Source of the DNA: Bacteroidales bacterium
Lineage (GTDB): Bacteria; Bacteroidota; Bacteroidia; Bacteroidales; VadinHA17
Assembly: GCA_034004025.1 (NCBI GenBank)
Contig: JAVEXM010000002.1
Span: forward strand, 38,083-102,082
DNA: 64,000 bases
Direction: 5' to 3'
In this document: positions 48,340 through 57,426 of the stretch, piece after piece
How positions within the stretch are numbered: position 1 is the first letter of the stretch
Layout of the letters: each line of letters opens with the position of its first letter
Position numbers and translations under genes: made by a program
The notes under the pieces: model-generated
The model's input: only the letters and a program-made list of their open reading frames with translations
Told to the model about the DNA's origin: nothing
Database searches by the model: none

Positions 48340-49176
48340 TCAGAACCTTACGGTGACGTTAAGACCTATCAGGAAGTTACCGTCACTGATGCTGTTCTGA
48401 TTGTATACAAAATTATACTGTCCAAGTATATCCTTATAGTTGGCGAAGAATATCTGGAATGCATGGGTGGGTGTACCGATCTCCCATCCGAGAGCAAGCT
48501 GAGGCTTCGGATTGAAATCCTCGTTCTCCTGCTTGTTGAACAGCTGATCGTACTCGGCGATAATACTGTGTGAGCCGGCTACATTGTACCTTGCTCCTGC
48601 CGAGATCCCGTAGTGGGCATTTTTGTACCCGATCTCAACGGCATTGAACCATATGAATGTAGGTGCAAGCTGAAGCGAAAACTTCTCACCGAACTGACGT
48701 GCAACCAGTATCTGGCTGAAGTAGGAAAGACGGTGTATCTCCCTCCAGTCGTGTGCCGGCCCGAAAGTATTCTGATTCAGAAGGTTCAAACCAACATCTC
48801 CGTAAAAAGCCAGTGACACCGGAACCGACCCCGAACTGGTCTGCTGCAACAGGGCATACTTCACTGCCACATCCTGGGCCTTGTAGTTTTTTGCAGTACC
48901 GGCACCGATAACCAGCCTGTCTGTGATGGCGTAATTGAGTCCCAGTCTTATGTTGGCCGGAGCCCACAGGCCAAACAGATCATCAAGAGCATTGTTTACC
49001 GTCCCGAACCTGTGATGTATCTCAAACTCGAGCATCCCCTTGAATGGAGTTGTAACCGTCTGGTTATCTATTAATATGCTTGTTTCGAACAGCCTTACCG
49101 GGTAATCTTCGCTCACCTGGCTGAATAGAGGCAGAAAGAGCAGGACGAGAATTACTGATGATAATATCTTTCTCAT
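48340..49176 (-). CDS. Outer-membrane-type beta-barrel protein (DUF5777-like)
   Basis: Signal peptide MRKILSSVILVLLFLPLFSQ, alternating hydrophobic beta-strand pattern, and a C-terminal ...LNVTVRF ending in Phe. The family name is from memory. Confidence 0.6.
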   Translation of the reverse strand: MRKILSSVILVLLFLPLFSQVSEDYPVRLFETSILIDNQTVTTPFKGMLEFEIHHRFGTVNNALDDLFGLWAPANIRLGLNYAITDRLVIGAGTAKNYKAQDVAVKYALLQQTSSGSVPVSLAFYGDVGLNLLNQNTFGPAHDWREIHRLSYFSQILVARQFGEKFSLQLAPTFIWFNAVEIGYKNAHYGISAGARYNVAGSHSIIAEYDQLFNKQENEDFNPKPQLALGWEIGTPTHAFQIFFANYKDILGQYNFVYNQNSISDGNFLIGLNVTVRF

Positions 49177-49202
49177 GTTTATCTTGGTTTAGGTTCTTAA
49201 GG

Positions 49203-49568
49203 TTAGTCCTTTTCGGCTCCCTGGGATGCCCATATTTTTATTACGTCAGGTGCCGGTAACAACAGGGTGTCGACCTGCAGCATCTGTGACCCGAACGCAG
49301 TTATCGATGAATGAATCGAAAGAACCCTGCTGGAGGCCGGGGTGACGGTATCGACATTTGCGATCAGCTTGTCATATGTCCGGTCAACACTCCATGCTCC
49401 GTGACAGCTCTGGCAGAACGGAAAGATGTTCTCCGAGTAGCTGACAACAAGATCCTGAGGTACCTCCGGCTTTGCCCATGCATACTTCTCACATGAAGAC
49501 AGGACCACCAGGCAGGTCATTAGCATTGCTGGCAGCAATAACTTTATAATCCTCTTACTACGCTCCAT
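49203..49568 (-). CDS. Monohaem lipoprotein with PSCyt1-like (planctomycete cytochrome c) domain
   Basis: I prefer the ATG at 49568 (MERSKRIIKLLLPAMLMTCLVVLSSC lipobox). It has NIFPFCQSCHG and a C-terminal IKIWASQGA, resembling the PSCyt1 pattern. The track's 5' extension is unlikely. Confidence 0.6.
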   Translation of the reverse strand: MERSKRIIKLLLPAMLMTCLVVLSSCEKYAWAKPEVPQDLVVSYSENIFPFCQSCHGAWSVDRTYDKLIANVDTVTPASSRVLSIHSSITAFGSQMLQVDTLLLPAPDVIKIWASQGAEKD

Positions 49569-49677
49569 CTTTCTGATATTGTTATTACAATCACAAATAT
49601 ATCGTAATAAGGGGTCTCTTTGTGGGCGACCACAATATATTTGTCTGATATATAGCTGTTTCTTATCAACTGGACAG

Positions 49678-49691
49678 TTGACATTTATCAC
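49678..49691. promoter_or_regulatory. Second FNR/CRP-type box TTGACATTTATCAC upstream of the cytochrome operon
   Basis: Matches TTGAT-N4-ATCAA at 8 of 10 positions and shares the TTGAC half-site with the box at 44914. A minus-strand TATATTTG -7 box lies at 49595-49602. Confidence 0.45.
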
Positions 49692-49752
49692 CGGTCGGAC
49701 TGCTAAATATTATCCTTCGACCAGGCTTGTCAGGGTGAAAACTGCCGGGAGG

Positions 49753-51459
49753 TCAGTTTACCTTGAAAAGACCGAGCTCTTTCTCTTCAAATCCGTTGAT
49801 ATATCCTGATCTCATGCTGTTCTCAGAGATGGCCATGGAGACAAAGAGTTCTGCCGAAGAGGCGCGGACGGCATCGCGCTGTGCATCTTTCAGCAGCAGG
49901 TATCCCATTATGATATTGGCAGCCATCTCCACCATGCGCCGTGCATGGAAATCGGTCAGTTCATTGTTGCCGGCAGCCACTACTTCCGCAACTCTCTTCT
50001 CATAATCGCCTGTCAGGGTGATGAGCATCCTGCGCAGGTGTTCCAGCTCAGGCCTCAGTTCCGTTTTCTCGTACTCCCTCATCTGTGCAAGATATCCGCC
50101 GGTGGTCACGCCCCTGACGGCTGCGACTACCTGCAGCTGGGATGTCCCCTCATAGATGGATGTTATGCGGGCATCGCGGTAGAGTCGTTCCACGGGGAAG
50201 TCCTTTATGAATCCTGCCCCGCCGTGTATCTGAACGGCATCATAGGCAATGCTATTGCACCACTCGCTGCTGATGAGCTTGACCATGGGTGTGTAAATAT
50301 CCGCCAGCCGGGTGTTGGCCTTAAGGTCATCACGTTCCTCCTTCTCCAGCTTGCGCTCTTCGCTGATGAACGACCATGCCTTGTAGATGTCTACAAACCT
50401 TGCTGTCTCATAGAGCAGTGACCTCATTGCCTCTATGCGGACCCTCATGACGGTGAGCATCTCATACACAGGAGGAAACTGGTCTATGGTTTTACCAAAC
50501 TGCTTTCTCTCCGAGGCATATTTCCTTGCCTCCTCATATGCCGCCTGTGCTATGCCCACTGCCTGAGCCCCCACGCCCAGGCGGGCTCCGTTCATCAGTG
50601 ACATGACATACTTTATCAGCCCCATGCGCCTCTCGCCTATCAGCCTTGCAGGAGCATTTCGGAACACCAGTTCGCAGGTAGGCGAACCCTTGATCCCCAT
50701 CTTGTTTTCAATCCTCCGCACCGTCACGGCACCCTCAGCCTTGTCATAGACGAACAGCGACAGTCCGCGTCCGTCAGTGGTGCCCTCTTCCGAGCGGGCC
50801 AGCACCAGTGATATCTCTGCGTCGCCGTTGGTGATGAAGCGCTTGACGCCGTTGAGCATCCATGTGCCCCTGGCTTCATCATAGTGCGCTTTCAGCTGCA
50901 CCGCCTGGAGGTCAGACCCTGCATCAGGCTCCGTCAGATCCATGGCTGCCGTCGCCCCCCTGTTGAAGCGGGGCAGGAACTCATCTTTAAGCTCGTCAGA
51001 GGCAAATTCCAGTATGGTCTCGCCGCAATCCTGCAACCCCCATATGTTGGCGAACCCGGCATCAGCCCGGGAGACCAGCTCTGCGGCCATGACATATGGC
51101 ACCATCGGGAAGTTGAGCCCGTCATACCTGCGCGGAAAGTTCATCCCTATGACACCGGCTTTCGTCAGAGCCTCATGGTTCTCCTGCGTTCCGCGTGCAT
51201 AACGCACCCGTCCGTCAACAACCTCAGGTCCTTCATGGTCAACATCTTCAGCATTGGGGGCAATTACATCGGCACAGATGGCCCCTATTATCTCCAGCAC
51301 CCTCTCATAATTGTCCATGGCATCCTCATAATCGTGAGGGGCATAGTCGTAGTGATCCCTGTCACTGTAATCCATCTCCTTCAGCCTGACGATCTTGCGC
51401 ATCACCGGATGGTTGAGATGGAAACGCAGGTCTCTGTTGTCTGTATAAAAATTTGCCAT
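49753..51459 (-). CDS. Long-form acyl-CoA dehydrogenase
   Basis: 568 aa with ACAD N, middle and C domains (DLTEPDAGSDL, IENKMGIKGSPT, IYEGTSQLQ) plus a C-terminal extension. Adjacent to etfBA. Confidence 0.9.
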   Translation of the reverse strand: MANFYTDNRDLRFHLNHPVMRKIVRLKEMDYSDRDHYDYAPHDYEDAMDNYERVLEIIGAICADVIAPNAEDVDHEGPEVVDGRVRYARGTQENHEALTKAGVIGMNFPRRYDGLNFPMVPYVMAAELVSRADAGFANIWGLQDCGETILEFASDELKDEFLPRFNRGATAAMDLTEPDAGSDLQAVQLKAHYDEARGTWMLNGVKRFITNGDAEISLVLARSEEGTTDGRGLSLFVYDKAEGAVTVRRIENKMGIKGSPTCELVFRNAPARLIGERRMGLIKYVMSLMNGARLGVGAQAVGIAQAAYEEARKYASERKQFGKTIDQFPPVYEMLTVMRVRIEAMRSLLYETARFVDIYKAWSFISEERKLEKEERDDLKANTRLADIYTPMVKLISSEWCNSIAYDAVQIHGGAGFIKDFPVERLYRDARITSIYEGTSQLQVVAAVRGVTTGGYLAQMREYEKTELRPELEHLRRMLITLTGDYEKRVAEVVAAGNNELTDFHARRMVEMAANIIMGYLLLKDAQRDAVRASSAELFVSMAISENSMRSGYINGFEEKELGLFKVN

Positions 51460-51493
51460 CGGAATATCCTTTTGTTACTGTCAGAAAACTCTT

Positions 51494-52540
51494 TTACCTG
51501 GCATTTGCCTTATAGTGCTTAATGAGCTTCGGGATTATCTCTGCCACATCTCCGTTTATCACGTAGTCGGCCATGCTGTTAATGGGCGCCATTGCATCAT
51601 TGTTGATGGCAATGATCTTTCCGCTCTGGCTCATGCCCGCCGTGTGCTGTATCTGTCCTGAGATGCCGCATGCGATGTAGAGCTTCGGCCGCACCGTCAC
51701 CCCTGTCTGCCCCACCTGCCGCTCGTGGCCGGCAAATCCTGCATCCACGGCTGCCCTGGAGGCAGCCACCTCACCCCCGAGGACGGAGGCCAGCTCGTAC
51801 AACATGTTGAAATTCTCCCTTGAGCCCATGCCGTAACCGCCGGAGACGATTATCTGTGCCGACTTGATGTCAACCCTCCGGGCCTCCATATGCCGTTCGA
51901 TTATCTCCACGGCGAGGTCCTCAGGCCTTATGAAGTCAGATACATTTATTCTCTTCAGTTCACCGCGGTAGTTCCTGTTCATGATCTCCTTCTTCATCAC
52001 CCCCTCACGCACCGTGGCCATCTGGGGACGGTGATCGGGATTGATGATTGTGGCAATGATGTTACCCCCGAAGGCGGGTCTGATCTGGTAGAGAAGGTTT
52101 TTGTAGGTGGTGTCTGTCTTTTTGACGTAGTGATCACCTATCTCGAGGCCTGTGCAGTCTGCCGTCAGGCCGCTGTGCAGTGCCGAGGAGACCCTCGGGC
52201 CCAGGTCGCGCCCGGTGGTTGTGGCTCCCATAAGGGCTATCTGCGGCTGCTCCTGCCTGAAGAGGCCGACGATGACAGAGGTATAGGGCATGGTACGGTA
52301 ATGTTCCAGCACCGGGTCATCGGCCAGGTGCACCACATCGGTGCCGTAAGGGAATAGCTCCTTCTCAATGCCCTCAATGCCGCTGCCAAGCACCACTGCC
52401 TCGAGCCTGCAGCCGAGCGTGTTGGCCAGCGACCGGCCTTTGGTCAGCAGTTCGAGACTCACATCGACAGGCTTGCCCTCATCAAGCTCACAAAAGACGA
52501 ATAGACTGTTCACTTTGCGGATATTTTTTCTGTTGATCAA
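51494..52540 (-). CDS. etfA: Electron transfer flavoprotein subunit alpha
   Basis: C-terminal FAD-binding region PKLYIACGISGQIQHTAGM. Confidence 0.9.
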   Translation of the reverse strand: MINRKNIRKVNSLFVFCELDEGKPVDVSLELLTKGRSLANTLGCRLEAVVLGSGIEGIEKELFPYGTDVVHLADDPVLEHYRTMPYTSVIVGLFRQEQPQIALMGATTTGRDLGPRVSSALHSGLTADCTGLEIGDHYVKKTDTTYKNLLYQIRPAFGGNIIATIINPDHRPQMATVREGVMKKEIMNRNYRGELKRINVSDFIRPEDLAVEIIERHMEARRVDIKSAQIIVSGGYGMGSRENFNMLYELASVLGGEVAASRAAVDAGFAGHERQVGQTGVTVRPKLYIACGISGQIQHTAGMSQSGKIIAINNDAMAPINSMADYVINGDVAEIIPKLIKHYKANAR

Positions 52541-53400
52541 CCAATTGTATGACTCTCAAGCAACTCCTTAACGAGGGCTTCAATGTCCCTGTCGGATGAG
52601 GTGAGCTGTTTTGTCTCTTTCGACTGAAGTATGACGTTGTCTATCTCCTTCACCTTGGTGGGTGAACCCGACAGACCCAGCTGCTCCGTGTCAGCACCGA
52701 CAGCCTCTGTCCCCCACTCGGTAATACGCACATTGGGTCTGCTGCCGGCTATGTAGTCGGCGTTCTCAGCCTGCAACTCAGTGTCAGTGCGGGCATATTT
52801 GTACTTCATCACAAGGCGGGCGTTGCGGTAGCGGCATGCGGGGGCGGTACCGTTGACGGTCACCACCAGCGGCAGCGGGGCGGAGAGGGTCTCAACGCCG
52901 CGCTCAAGCCTTCTGCGTACCACCAGTCGCTCATTCTCAAAGTGCATCTCCTCGGCATAGGTCACCTGCGGCCATCCCAGCTTCTCCGCTATCTGCGGCC
53001 CCACCTGTGCAGTGTCACCGTCGATGGCCTGACGCCCCCCGAGGACCAGGTCAGGCGCCAGCCTGCGGATGGCCAGCGTCAGGGCATAGGATGTGGCAAG
53101 CGTGTCAGAGCCTGCAAAAGCCCTGTCGGTCAGCAGTACCCCGTCATCGGCACCGCGGTAGAGACCCTCGCGGATGATCTCGGCTGCACGCCCCGGCCCC
53201 ATGGTAAGAACCGTCACCGTCGTGCCCTCATATTGCTCTTTGATACGCAGAGCCTGCTCCAGCGCATTCAGATCCTCCGGGTTGAAGATGGCGGGCAGGA
53301 CACTCCTGTTGACGGTGCCGTCAGCTTTCATGGCGTCAGGCCCCACATTGCGTGTGTCAGGTACCTGCTTCGCCAGGACAACGATCTTGATTCCTTTCAT
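52537..53400 (-). CDS. etfB: Electron transfer flavoprotein subunit beta
   Basis: MKGIKIVVLAKQVPD N-terminus (ATG at 53400 preferred). 4-nt overlap with etfA. Confidence 0.9.
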   Translation of the reverse strand: MKGIKIVVLAKQVPDTRNVGPDAMKADGTVNRSVLPAIFNPEDLNALEQALRIKEQYEGTTVTVLTMGPGRAAEIIREGLYRGADDGVLLTDRAFAGSDTLATSYALTLAIRRLAPDLVLGGRQAIDGDTAQVGPQIAEKLGWPQVTYAEEMHFENERLVVRRRLERGVETLSAPLPLVVTVNGTAPACRYRNARLVMKYKYARTDTELQAENADYIAGSRPNVRITEWGTEAVGADTEQLGLSGSPTKVKEIDNVILQSKETKQLTSSDRDIEALVKELLESHTIG

Positions 53401-53674
53401 ATCTCGTCTCACTGTTGAAGGGGCAAATATAACAATAAAACCATGCCTGCAAACACCAGCTTGCAGTTTTTGAGAGTCCGTTCGAAAGAGTTAAGCCTTT
53501 TATATGACTGTTATACTGTGCATTATAGAGTTGACCGCGGACTCAGTCCAGGACTGGTCGAACTTGCATGGCCCGTGGTGCAGCCTGATGCTGAAGGATA
53601 TAATTTTACATGAGCATGATTTAAATTATTGAATTAACTTCGCCCGCCGGATAATTGTCCGCATCACCTTCAAA

Positions 53675-54589
53675 ATGAAAGGCAGACCCTACGCAGCCCT
53701 GGTATTGTCAATGATCTTCTGGTCATTCTCATTTGTCTGGTTCAAGATAGCCAACAGGCATTATGACCCGATAACCATTGTATTCATTCGGTTATGCATT
53801 GCCTCACTCTTTCTTTCGGGTTATCTCTGGATAACACAAGGCTTCACGGGTGTCAGGAAGGCCGACCGCAAGTACTTTCTGCTGCTGGCGTTCTTCGAGC
53901 CTTTCCTCTATTTCCTTGGGGAGAGCTTCGGGCTTACCTATGTCTCATCAACAGTGGGCTCGGTGATAATATCCACAATCCCGGTCTTTGCTGTCATCTT
54001 TGCATGGATCATCTACCGTGAGAAGCTCAGGCCCGTCAATTATCTGGGTGTGCTGATCTCTTTTGCCGGGGTGATGATCTTCATCACCAGCAGCGGAGGA
54101 GGTGTGGCAATGAGTATGAAGGGGCTGGCCCTGCTGTTTCTGGCTGTCATTGCGGCGGTGGGATACAATATGGTCCTCCACAGGCTGGCAACGCAGTACA
54201 ATCCGGTCAGTATTGTCAATATCCAGAATACTATAGGCATCATACTGTTCCTGCCTCTCTTCCTGATATTTGATCTCAGGAAGCTGCTCTCCACCGGCAT
54301 TGTTTCAGAAAGTTTCGGCTCCATTGTGTTGCTGGCGATATTTGCCTCAAGCGGTGCATTCGTTCTCTTTGCCTACTCGGTGAGGCACCTGGGCATATCG
54401 CGTGCCAATGTCTTCAGTAACCTCATACCCATATTTACTGCCCTCTTTGCGTTCCTCATCATCGGCGACAGGCTGACGCTCAGAAACGGTGTGGGTATGA
54501 TAATAGTCATCGCGGGACTGTTCCTTTCACAGGCTCAGAAGAGGAAGAGCTCCGCCACCGGGGTCGACCTTGCCGGAAGGAGCGCATAA
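53675..54589 (+). CDS. DMT superfamily (EamA-like) transporter
   Basis: Ten TM helices in two EamA-like halves. Confidence 0.8.
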   Translation: MKGRPYAALVLSMIFWSFSFVWFKIANRHYDPITIVFIRLCIASLFLSGYLWITQGFTGVRKADRKYFLLLAFFEPFLYFLGESFGLTYVSSTVGSVIISTIPVFAVIFAWIIYREKLRPVNYLGVLISFAGVMIFITSSGGGVAMSMKGLALLFLAVIAAVGYNMVLHRLATQYNPVSIVNIQNTIGIILFLPLFLIFDLRKLLSTGIVSESFGSIVLLAIFASSGAFVLFAYSVRHLGISRANVFSNLIPIFTALFAFLIIGDRLTLRNGVGMIIVIAGLFLSQAQKRKSSATGVDLAGRSA

Positions 54590-54732
54590 GGCAACCTGAA
54601 TTAACAATCTGCGCACCGCCTTTCAATAAGAGTTTTATCCTCCCCCGGATAGTCAGGGCACTGGCCCTGCTTTCTGTCATACGATATAAAATAGGTTGAT
54701 TTTATGTATGTTTGTTCTCAATCTGTCAGGAA

Positions 54733-55740
54733 ATGAGGCTACAGGCTCTATCGCTCATTCTGCTAATCACCCTCCTGCCGCTCAGCGGACAGACAGGGGG
54801 TGACAACACCTATGAGTTCCTGAACCTCAGTCACTCAGCCTTTGCCACAGCCACAGGAGGCATCACCGTATCGCGCGACCGTGATGATCTGAGCCTCCCC
54901 TACTGGAACCCGGCCCTCCTTCGCGGGTCGATGCATAATGATGTTTCCCTCAGTTTCTCCACCTGGTTCGCGGGGATAACCTACGGCCACGCCTCCTGGG
55001 CCATGGATACGGAGACCAGGGGAACCTTTGCCGGAGGGGTGAGCTTCATCAGCTACGGACGTTTCACGGAGGCCGATGCTGCCGGGAACATCACCGGCAC
55101 CTTTGCCGCTGCCGAATATGCTTTCAATGCATCGTGGTCGTTTCAGATAGACTCCTCATTCACGGTGGGCATTGCCCTCAAGCCGGTCTTCTCGCACCTT
55201 GAAAGATACTTCTCAGCAGGAGTGTGCACTGACATTGGTGCCACCTGGCACAATGACCGGCTGTTGCTTGAAGCCGGACTGGTGATAAGGAATGCCGGGT
55301 TTCAGATCAGAAGTTACACCGGCCGGGGCGGGGAGCCCCTCCCGCTGGAGATCATTGCCGGGGTGACAAAGAGGCTGGCACACGCCCCCTTCAGCTTCTC
55401 GCTGACGCTCAGGCACCTGGAGAAGCCAGACCTTACCTATGACTATGATCCTGAGGATGAAACCCCGGCCGGCGGATTCGGGGAGAACCTGCTCAGGCAC
55501 GCAATACTGGGCGTGGAGATACTCCCCGCCGACTCCTTTTGGATAGGACTGGGGCTGAACTATGGCCGGAGGGCGGAAATGCGCCTGGAACAGAGAACAG
55601 GAATGTCAGGATTTACGGCAGGATTCGGTTTCCGAACCGGGAGTTTCGATCTGGCTTACGGACGTGAGGCTTTTCACCCTGCCGGTGGCACCAACCACCT
55701 GACCGTGACCCTGAGGCCCGGGCTGATCTTTAAAAAGTGA
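54733..55740 (+). CDS. porQ: Type IX secretion system protein PorQ-like beta-barrel
   Basis: Signal peptide followed by GGDNTYEFLNLSHSAFATATGG, resembling the PorQ N-terminal motif. Position upstream of cmk is as I remember in other Bacteroidota. ATG at 54733 preferred. Confidence 0.6.
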   Translation: MRLQALSLILLITLLPLSGQTGGDNTYEFLNLSHSAFATATGGITVSRDRDDLSLPYWNPALLRGSMHNDVSLSFSTWFAGITYGHASWAMDTETRGTFAGGVSFISYGRFTEADAAGNITGTFAAAEYAFNASWSFQIDSSFTVGIALKPVFSHLERYFSAGVCTDIGATWHNDRLLLEAGLVIRNAGFQIRSYTGRGGEPLPLEIIAGVTKRLAHAPFSFSLTLRHLEKPDLTYDYDPEDETPAGGFGENLLRHAILGVEILPADSFWIGLGLNYGRRAEMRLEQRTGMSGFTAGFGFRTGSFDLAYGREAFHPAGGTNHLTVTLRPGLIFKK

Positions 55741-55788
55741 TACCGGTGAACCTGAATGATCCTGTTTCGTTATAACTTTGCTGCCCGG

Positions 55789-56490
55789 ATGAAAAAGAAG
55801 AAAAAGATCACCATAACCGTTGACGGCTATTCGTCGTGCGGCAAAAGTACCTTCGCCAAAGCCATAGCCTCTGAACTGGATTATCTTTACATTGACTCCG
55901 GCGCCATGTACCGGGCCGTGACCCTCTACTGCCTCCGCCGGGGGCAGGTCTCAGGGGGCGTGGCAGATGACGCCGGCGTCGTCAGCCTGCTTCCGGAGAT
56001 AAGCATCACCTTCCGTCTTAACGAAGAGACAGGATTTAACGAGACCGTGCTTAACGGGGAGAATGTTGAGAGGGAGATACGTGACAGGGCCGTGTCTGAC
56101 AACGTGAGCGCCGTCAGCACCATCCCTGAGGTGAGGACAAAGCTGGTGGAGCTGCAGCGTGAGATCGGGGCCGGCGGAGGAATAGTCATGGACGGGCGCG
56201 ACATAGGCACCGTGGTATTCCCGGAAGCTGAACTGAAGATCTTCATGACCGCAACACCCGGGGTCAGGGCACAGCGCCGCTACCTGGAGCTGCAGGGGAA
56301 AGGGCTGCCGGCTGACTATGCTGCCGTTGAGAAAAATATTAATGAGCGTGACCGGATCGACTCATCACGCGAGGTGAGTCCCCTGCGCAAAGCTGATGAT
56401 GCCGTGGTGCTTGATAACAGCGATATGACACCCGCGGAGCAGATGGTCTGGTTCAGGAAAATCTTTAAGCGGACAATCAATGAAAGTTGA
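55789..56490 (+). CDS. cmk: (d)CMP kinase
   Basis: P-loop DGYSSCGKST and the IDSGAMYR motif. ATG at 55789 preferred. Confidence 0.9.
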   Translation: MKKKKKITITVDGYSSCGKSTFAKAIASELDYLYIDSGAMYRAVTLYCLRRGQVSGGVADDAGVVSLLPEISITFRLNEETGFNETVLNGENVEREIRDRAVSDNVSAVSTIPEVRTKLVELQREIGAGGGIVMDGRDIGTVVFPEAELKIFMTATPGVRAQRRYLELQGKGLPADYAAVEKNINERDRIDSSREVSPLRKADDAVVLDNSDMTPAEQMVWFRKIFKRTINES

Positions 56491-57355
56491 CATAGAAGCC
56501 GGGTCTGGCTTTTGCTTTGGCGTGGAGAACGCCGTGAAAATTGCCGAGGAGGCACTGAGGGAAGGAGAAGATGTATTCTGCCTCGGCGAGATAGTACACA
56601 ATGATATTGAAGTTGACCGCCTCAAGAAGCTCGGGCTGGTCACCATCACATACGATCAGTTTGAGCAGCTGCGCAACTGCAAGGTGCTGGTCAGGGCGCA
56701 CGGCGAGCCCCCCTCCACCTACGAGAAGGCGCGCGAGAACAATATTACCATCATCGATGCCACCTGCCCCATTGTGCACTCAATGCAGGAAAAGATAAAG
56801 AGGGTGCAGAAAGTATCAGGGGAAGAGGACGGGCAGATTGTAATCTTCGGCAAGGAGGGTCATGCCGAAGTGATTGGCCTGCTGGGAGCAGCGGGAGATA
56901 AGGGCATCCTCGTCACAGGGAGGCATGACATAGGGAAGATAGACTTTACACGGCCCGTTTGGCTCTTCGCACAGACAACGCGCAGCAAAACCGAGTATGA
57001 GGTTGTGGCAGAGATAATACGGCTGAAGCTGGAGAAGGAGAGAGAGAAACATCCGGACAACAACCTTAAGGTACACAACACTATATGCCGGCAGGTCTCT
57101 GATCGTGAGCCGCGCCTCAGGGAGTTTTCCCGGAAACATGATGTGATACTGTTCGTCAGCGGCAGGAAGAGCTCGAACGGACGTATGCTTTACGATGTTT
57201 GCAGGAGGGAGAACCTGAAATCCTATTTTATCTCCTCGCCGGCGGAGATAAATCCTGAGTGGCTCAAAGATGCACATAGCGTGGGGATATGCGGTGCCAC
57301 ATCAACCCCCCGGTGGCTTATCCAGGATGTGGCTGGCATCGTTGAGAAGATGTGA
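56480..57355 (+). CDS. ispH: 4-hydroxy-3-methylbut-2-enyl diphosphate reductase
   Basis: GFCFGVENAV, VHN and TCPIV cluster-ligand regions with typical length. 11-nt overlap with cmk. Confidence 0.92.
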   Translation: MKVDIEAGSGFCFGVENAVKIAEEALREGEDVFCLGEIVHNDIEVDRLKKLGLVTITYDQFEQLRNCKVLVRAHGEPPSTYEKARENNITIIDATCPIVHSMQEKIKRVQKVSGEEDGQIVIFGKEGHAEVIGLLGAAGDKGILVTGRHDIGKIDFTRPVWLFAQTTRSKTEYEVVAEIIRLKLEKEREKHPDNNLKVHNTICRQVSDREPRLREFSRKHDVILFVSGRKSSNGRMLYDVCRRENLKSYFISSPAEINPEWLKDAHSVGICGATSTPRWLIQDVAGIVEKM

Positions 57356-57426
57356 CATTGTTGTAACTCTAAATTGTCAATGCACAAAATATTAGTAATT
57401 TCGTATTGTATTAAATCATTTGTTCA

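Noticed and set aside
53413-53674. 262-nt gap upstream of the DMT transporter as a possible riboswitch
   Set aside because: It contains a few short hairpins (for example CTGCAA...TTGCAG plus T5, and GGACT-CA-GTCC). I could not match it to any riboswitch consensus I know. That is not enough evidence to call.
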